Below, piece by piece: positions 24,960 through 29,099 of a stretch of 29,099 nucleotides of DNA. The position numbers were made by a program, and so were the translations under genes. Every line of letters begins with the position of its first letter. The first letter of the stretch is position 1. The DNA is from Flavobacteriales bacterium (GTDB lineage: Bacteria; Bacteroidota; Bacteroidia; Palsa-965). The stretch covers positions 1 through 29,099 of the forward strand of contig JBEIPA010000043.1 in NCBI GenBank assembly GCA_040377305.1, in the 5' to 3' direction. The notes beneath the pieces were generated by a model. The model did not search any database. It saw nothing but the letters and a program-made list of their open reading frames with translations, and was not told the origin of the DNA.

Positions 24960-27900
24960 ATGAGTAAAAAACTTGTACTACTCTCAGTTGGTTTGCTTTC
25001 AATCCTGGCATTGCAGGCTCAAAATGGTCGCTCGTTTGCGATTGAATTTTCTTCGGGTTCTCAAATAATTGAAACCCGGATAGAGCCATTGTCTGACGAT
25101 TCGGAATTGATGAACGGTCGCTACTATCGTCATTTGCATTTCAATTCGCTGCCCGATTATGCAACGAGAATGGAAATGGAAAAGAACGGAATCACGCTTC
25201 TCAATTTCATTTCCGGCATGACATACACGGCTTCATTGCGAAGTGACGTGAAGTTCCCATTGAGCGCATCGTACAACGTAAGCGGAATGTCGCTCATCAA
25301 TGCAGATTCTAAAATGCATCGCGAACTATCTACTGCTCTGGCGAATTCCGATTTCCCGTTCTACGCAATGGATGGAGACCGGAATATAGGTATCACTTTT
25401 ACGTACTATGCAGATATTCCGCACCACGTTGTGCTGGATTCTGTTTACGCGTTGCCCTACAAGCTTTCTTATCACAATGGAAACAGTCATCGTATGACGA
25501 TCTGGATTCCAGAGAACGAGGTACGTGCGTTTGTTTCCAAATCATTCGTATGTGCAGCAGAGTTGAAGGATGATGCTCCACAATTGGACAACAACGTAGG
25601 TCGTACAGATCACCGCGATAATTGGCTGGCTCAGGATTTTCCCGGAGGAAGAATGTATAATGGAGCCGGAGTGAACGTGATGTTACAGGATGATGGTATT
25701 ATCGGTCCGCACATTGATTACACAGGGCGCTTGCAGAATCAGTTCATTACGTTTAACGGAGGTGATCACGGTGATCATTGTGCCGGAATCATTATGGGTG
25801 GTGGAAATAAAGATCCGCTGACCAGAGGAATGGGTTGGGGTGCAGATATTCACGTGTATGAAGCCGCTCCATATCAAGGGTACGATAGCATTTACAATCA
25901 CTACTTCACGAATAACATTCTGATTACATCCACCAGTTACTCGGATGGATGCAATGCGGGTTATACAACGCTGGCTCAAACATTAGATCAGCAAATCATT
26001 GATATGCCAAATCTGATTCACGTATTCTCTGCGGGTAACAACGGAGCATCTGATTGCGGATATGGAGCAGGTTCAACATGGGGAAATGTTACAGGCGGTC
26101 ACAAGCATTCTAAAAATTCAATTGCCGTAGGGAATCTTACACATCTGGATGCGCTCGCTGCTTCATCAAGTCGCGGACCTGCACATGACGGACGTATGAA
26201 ACCTGAAGTGTGTGCGGTTGGAACAAACGTGTATTCAACCAGCGACGTGAACGATTACGTTTTCAAAACCGGAACATCGATGTCTTGTCCTGCTGTGTCT
26301 GGCACATTCGCTTGTTTGTACCAGGCTTATCGTGAGATTAACGGAACAACTCCGAAATCGGGATTGATGAAAGCTGTATTGATGAATACGTGCGATGATC
26401 TTGGTAACGCAGGACCCGATTTCAGATTTGGTTACGGTCGTATTAATGGTCGTAAAGCAATTCAGCCGATAGAACAAAACTGGTACATCACAGATTCAGT
26501 AGGCAACACACAAACTGATGTGCATACGATTACTGTTCCTGCTAACACAGGTCAGTTGAAGGTTATGCTTTACTGGCACGATGTTCCTGCTGCGGTGAAT
26601 GCGACTGTGGCGTTGGTAAATAATCTGAATATGCAGGTTACGGATCCATCATCGACTGTATTTAATCCGTGGATTCTGGATTTTACTCCGAACGCTGCCA
26701 ATCTTAATGCTGTTGCAACACGAGGAATTGACGTGCGTAACAACCATGAGCAGGTTACGATCGATAATCCGGCTGCCGGAACTTACACTGTTTCAGTGAA
26801 TGGGGCAGTGGTTCCAATGGGACCACAAGTGTATTATCTGGTTTGGTATTTCGAACCAGCCGATGAACTTGTACTGACGTATCCAAATGGTGCAGAAGGA
26901 TTTGTTCCAGCCGAAACGGAAGTGATTCGTTGGGATGCATGGGGCAATGCAGGAACGTTTACGCTTGAATACACAACAAACGGAACGACATGGAATCCGA
27001 TAGCAAGTGGTATTGCAGCAGCAGATCGTTATTATAACTGGACAGTTCCTGCTGGATTGAGCGGTTTGTGTAAAGTGCGAATCACACGTAATTCAGTGAG
27101 TGATGAAAGCGACGAGAATTTCTCGATAGCAGCTGTGCCAACAGGAATTTATGTTGATTGGTCGTGTCCTGATTCCTTGTGTCTGAAATGGAATTCGGTT
27201 CCGGGCGCAACAGCGTATGACGTGTTCATGCTTGGTTCTGTATACATGGATTCGGTGGGAACTTCACCTGTCGACAGTTTTGTTGTTACAGGTTTGAACA
27301 ATTACACCAACACATACTGGTTCAGTGTTAGAGCGATTGCGCCTAACCAAACTGTAGGTCGTCGTGCGATTGCAATTGAAAAGCTGCCCGGTGTAGTTTG
27401 TGCAGGACCTGACGCTTCTGTTTCAGCCGTATCTGCACCGGAATCTGAATACTACAGTTGCATGAGCCTGAATAACGTTCCGGTTGTTGCGACTATTTCA
27501 AATACAGGGACGTCAACGATTTCCAACTTTCCGGTTTCGTTCTCATACGATAATGGAGCGCCAGTGACTGAAACATATTCGGGCACGATTGCGCCATCAG
27601 GAACTGCAACCTATACGTTCACAGCAACATTGAACATTGGTGCAATTGGACCACATACACTGAAGGTGTGGAGTGATCTGGTGAATGATATCGGAAATCT
27701 CAACGACACAACCACAACACTGATCAATCACAACAACTCTGTGACTGTAACTCCGGCTTGGGTGGAAGATTTTGAGAGTTTCCCACTGTGCGGCACATCT
27801 TCGAATTGCGGAAATACAAATTGTGCCATGATCAACGGCTTGACCAACATCGTGAACGGTTCGGGTGATGATATTGACTGGAGAACTTCACAGGGTGCAA

Positions 27901-28571
27901 CTCCTTCGTCGAACACAGGACCTGGATCAGATTATCTCCCAGGCAGTACCACTGGAAATTATCTGTACCTCGAAGCTTCTGCTTGTTTCGGTCAAACAGC
28001 GACTTTGATGTTGCCGTGCATTGATCTTACCGTGTTTAGCACTCCGACGTTTTCATTTGCATACCACATGAACGGAGTTGACATGGGTGAATTGCATGTT
28101 GATATTTACTCTAACGGAGTTTGGATCAATGATGCATGGGTAGAAACCGGTAATCAAGGAAACACATGGCAACTAGCTACTGTTTCGTTGAACGCTTATG
28201 CGGGACAGGTAATCCTGATTCGCTTCCGCGGAATAACAGGTCCGGATTACACAAGCGACATGGCTATTGACGCTATCCGCCTGGAGGATCCAACATCATT
28301 GCAGGATAATGCATCATTCTCCGGATTAAACATTTTCCCGAATCCGACAGAAGGAATCACAACGGTTAATGTTTCAGGACTCACAGAATCAATCGTCACT
28401 GCAGATGTTTATGACGTTGGTGGCCGATTAGTAAGTTCATCACAACATGCAGCAAGCGGAAGTACGGCACAGTTTCAGGTAGACCTGAATGGTTTGTCTT
28501 CGGGCGTGTATTTCCTGAAAGTGCGTTCCGGCGATCTTGAAGAAACCGTAAGGATCACCAAACTGGACTAA
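24960..28571 (+). CDS. T9SS-secreted S8 (Kp43-like subtilisin) serine peptidase with FN3/CARDB-like and MAM domains
   Basis: Signal LQA|Q; triad LQDDG, HGDHCAG, TGTSMSCP; oxyanion FSAGN; Kp43-like LKVMLYWHD...VNNLNM; MAM EDFE..DIDW..GATPSSNTGP..GNYLYLEAS..FAYHM..GNQGNTW..DMAIDAI; CTD IFPNPT...SGVYFLKV. Confidence 0.94.
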   Translation: MSKKLVLLSVGLLSILALQAQNGRSFAIEFSSGSQIIETRIEPLSDDSELMNGRYYRHLHFNSLPDYATRMEMEKNGITLLNFISGMTYTASLRSDVKFPLSASYNVSGMSLINADSKMHRELSTALANSDFPFYAMDGDRNIGITFTYYADIPHHVVLDSVYALPYKLSYHNGNSHRMTIWIPENEVRAFVSKSFVCAAELKDDAPQLDNNVGRTDHRDNWLAQDFPGGRMYNGAGVNVMLQDDGIIGPHIDYTGRLQNQFITFNGGDHGDHCAGIIMGGGNKDPLTRGMGWGADIHVYEAAPYQGYDSIYNHYFTNNILITSTSYSDGCNAGYTTLAQTLDQQIIDMPNLIHVFSAGNNGASDCGYGAGSTWGNVTGGHKHSKNSIAVGNLTHLDALAASSSRGPAHDGRMKPEVCAVGTNVYSTSDVNDYVFKTGTSMSCPAVSGTFACLYQAYREINGTTPKSGLMKAVLMNTCDDLGNAGPDFRFGYGRINGRKAIQPIEQNWYITDSVGNTQTDVHTITVPANTGQLKVMLYWHDVPAAVNATVALVNNLNMQVTDPSSTVFNPWILDFTPNAANLNAVATRGIDVRNNHEQVTIDNPAAGTYTVSVNGAVVPMGPQVYYLVWYFEPADELVLTYPNGAEGFVPAETEVIRWDAWGNAGTFTLEYTTNGTTWNPIASGIAAADRYYNWTVPAGLSGLCKVRITRNSVSDESDENFSIAAVPTGIYVDWSCPDSLCLKWNSVPGATAYDVFMLGSVYMDSVGTSPVDSFVVTGLNNYTNTYWFSVRAIAPNQTVGRRAIAIEKLPGVVCAGPDASVSAVSAPESEYYSCMSLNNVPVVATISNTGTSTISNFPVSFSYDNGAPVTETYSGTIAPSGTATYTFTATLNIGAIGPHTLKVWSDLVNDIGNLNDTTTTLINHNNSVTVTPAWVEDFESFPLCGTSSNCGNTNCAMINGLTNIVNGSGDDIDWRTSQGATPSSNTGPGSDYLPGSTTGNYLYLEASACFGQTATLMLPCIDLTVFSTPTFSFAYHMNGVDMGELHVDIYSNGVWINDAWVETGNQGNTWQLATVSLNAYAGQVILIRFRGITGPDYTSDMAIDAIRLEDPTSLQDNASFSGLNIFPNPTEGITTVNVSGLTESIVTADVYDVGGRLVSSSQHAASGSTAQFQVDLNGLSSGVYFLKVRSGDLEETVRITKLD

Positions 28572-28595
28572 CTGCAATGCGTTTTTCCATCTAGT

Positions 28596-28627
28596 AAAAA
28601 AGCCGAATCGTTTGATTCGGCTTTTTT
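28596..28627 (+). terminator. Intrinsic terminator
   Basis: Perfect 14-bp IR AAAAAAGCCGAATC-gttt-GATTCGGCTTTTTT. Confidence 0.92.
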
Positions 28628-28734
28628 ATGTCATATACGTCCACCAAACAGTAGTAATTCACCTGTTTTGAAAATATTTCGGGCAATTGCGGTTACTTTT
28701 TCTCCGTTTCGGCATTAAGAGATAAATCAAGCCT

Positions 28735-29099
28735 ATGAAACGCACACTCTTTTTCATCGCTACATCAGCTGTACTTGCAGTATCATGCAATCCCGATACC
28801 ATCGACTTTTCCGGTGCCGCACAGAATGCCGACAAGCTGGTTGTGAGTGAAGATGAGCAGCTCCCGGTTTCAGAAACGTTGAGCGTGGTTAATCAGACCG
28901 CGACACCAATTTCGTATGTCGATCTTGGAGTATCGCAAGTTGTTCCGGTAAGAGTTCAGGTGCCCGTAATTCCGGATGAGTACATCGCACCTGCTGGATT
29001 GATTGATCAGTTCACCGAACTCGCCAGGTTCACGAATGGTGCGGAATCATACGTTGATGCAGCACGTGAACTAACAAGCACCTGCATTGGCGTTCTCGA
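28735..29099 (+). CDS. 3'-truncated hypothetical lipoprotein (absent from the ORF track)
   Basis: MKRTLFFIATSAVLAVSCNPDTIDFSG... lipobox AVSC; frame open to the window end. Confidence 0.8.
   Translation, partial: MKRTLFFIATSAVLAVSCNPDTIDFSGAAQNADKLVVSEDEQLPVSETLSVVNQTATPISYVDLGVSQVVPVRVQVPVIPDEYIAPAGLIDQFTELARFTNGAESYVDAARELTSTCIGVL

Overview
Bacterial chromosomal segment, almost certainly Bacteroidota. Evidence: a T9SS C-terminal domain, TAnnTT(T/C)G -7 promoter boxes, and eight signal peptides predicted to cleave before Gln. Recognisable genes: clpS, an M48 lipoprotein peptidase, a ParE-type toxin-antitoxin pair, a CAP protein, rlmD, rocD, a TPR-sensor class III adenylate cyclase, a DAO-family FAD oxidoreductase, a DUF6580-like transporter, ribBA and a T9SS S8 protease with a MAM domain. 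The most unusual parts are four. (1) A ~1740-aa exported protein of 26 helical ~56-aa repeats, 25 with one Cys; part of the array has a 333-bp two-repeat higher-order period carrying D-S-L O-glycosylation-type motifs. (2) A 5'-truncated protein with three SPOR-like domains and hierarchical pentapeptide repeats. (3) Two internally duplicated paralogous exported proteins coupled to the cyclase. (4) Three genes whose -7 box sits exactly 7 nt from the ATG (candidate leaderless mRNAs). No rRNA, tRNA, CRISPR array or transposase was seen. All family calls come from reading motifs, not from database searches.
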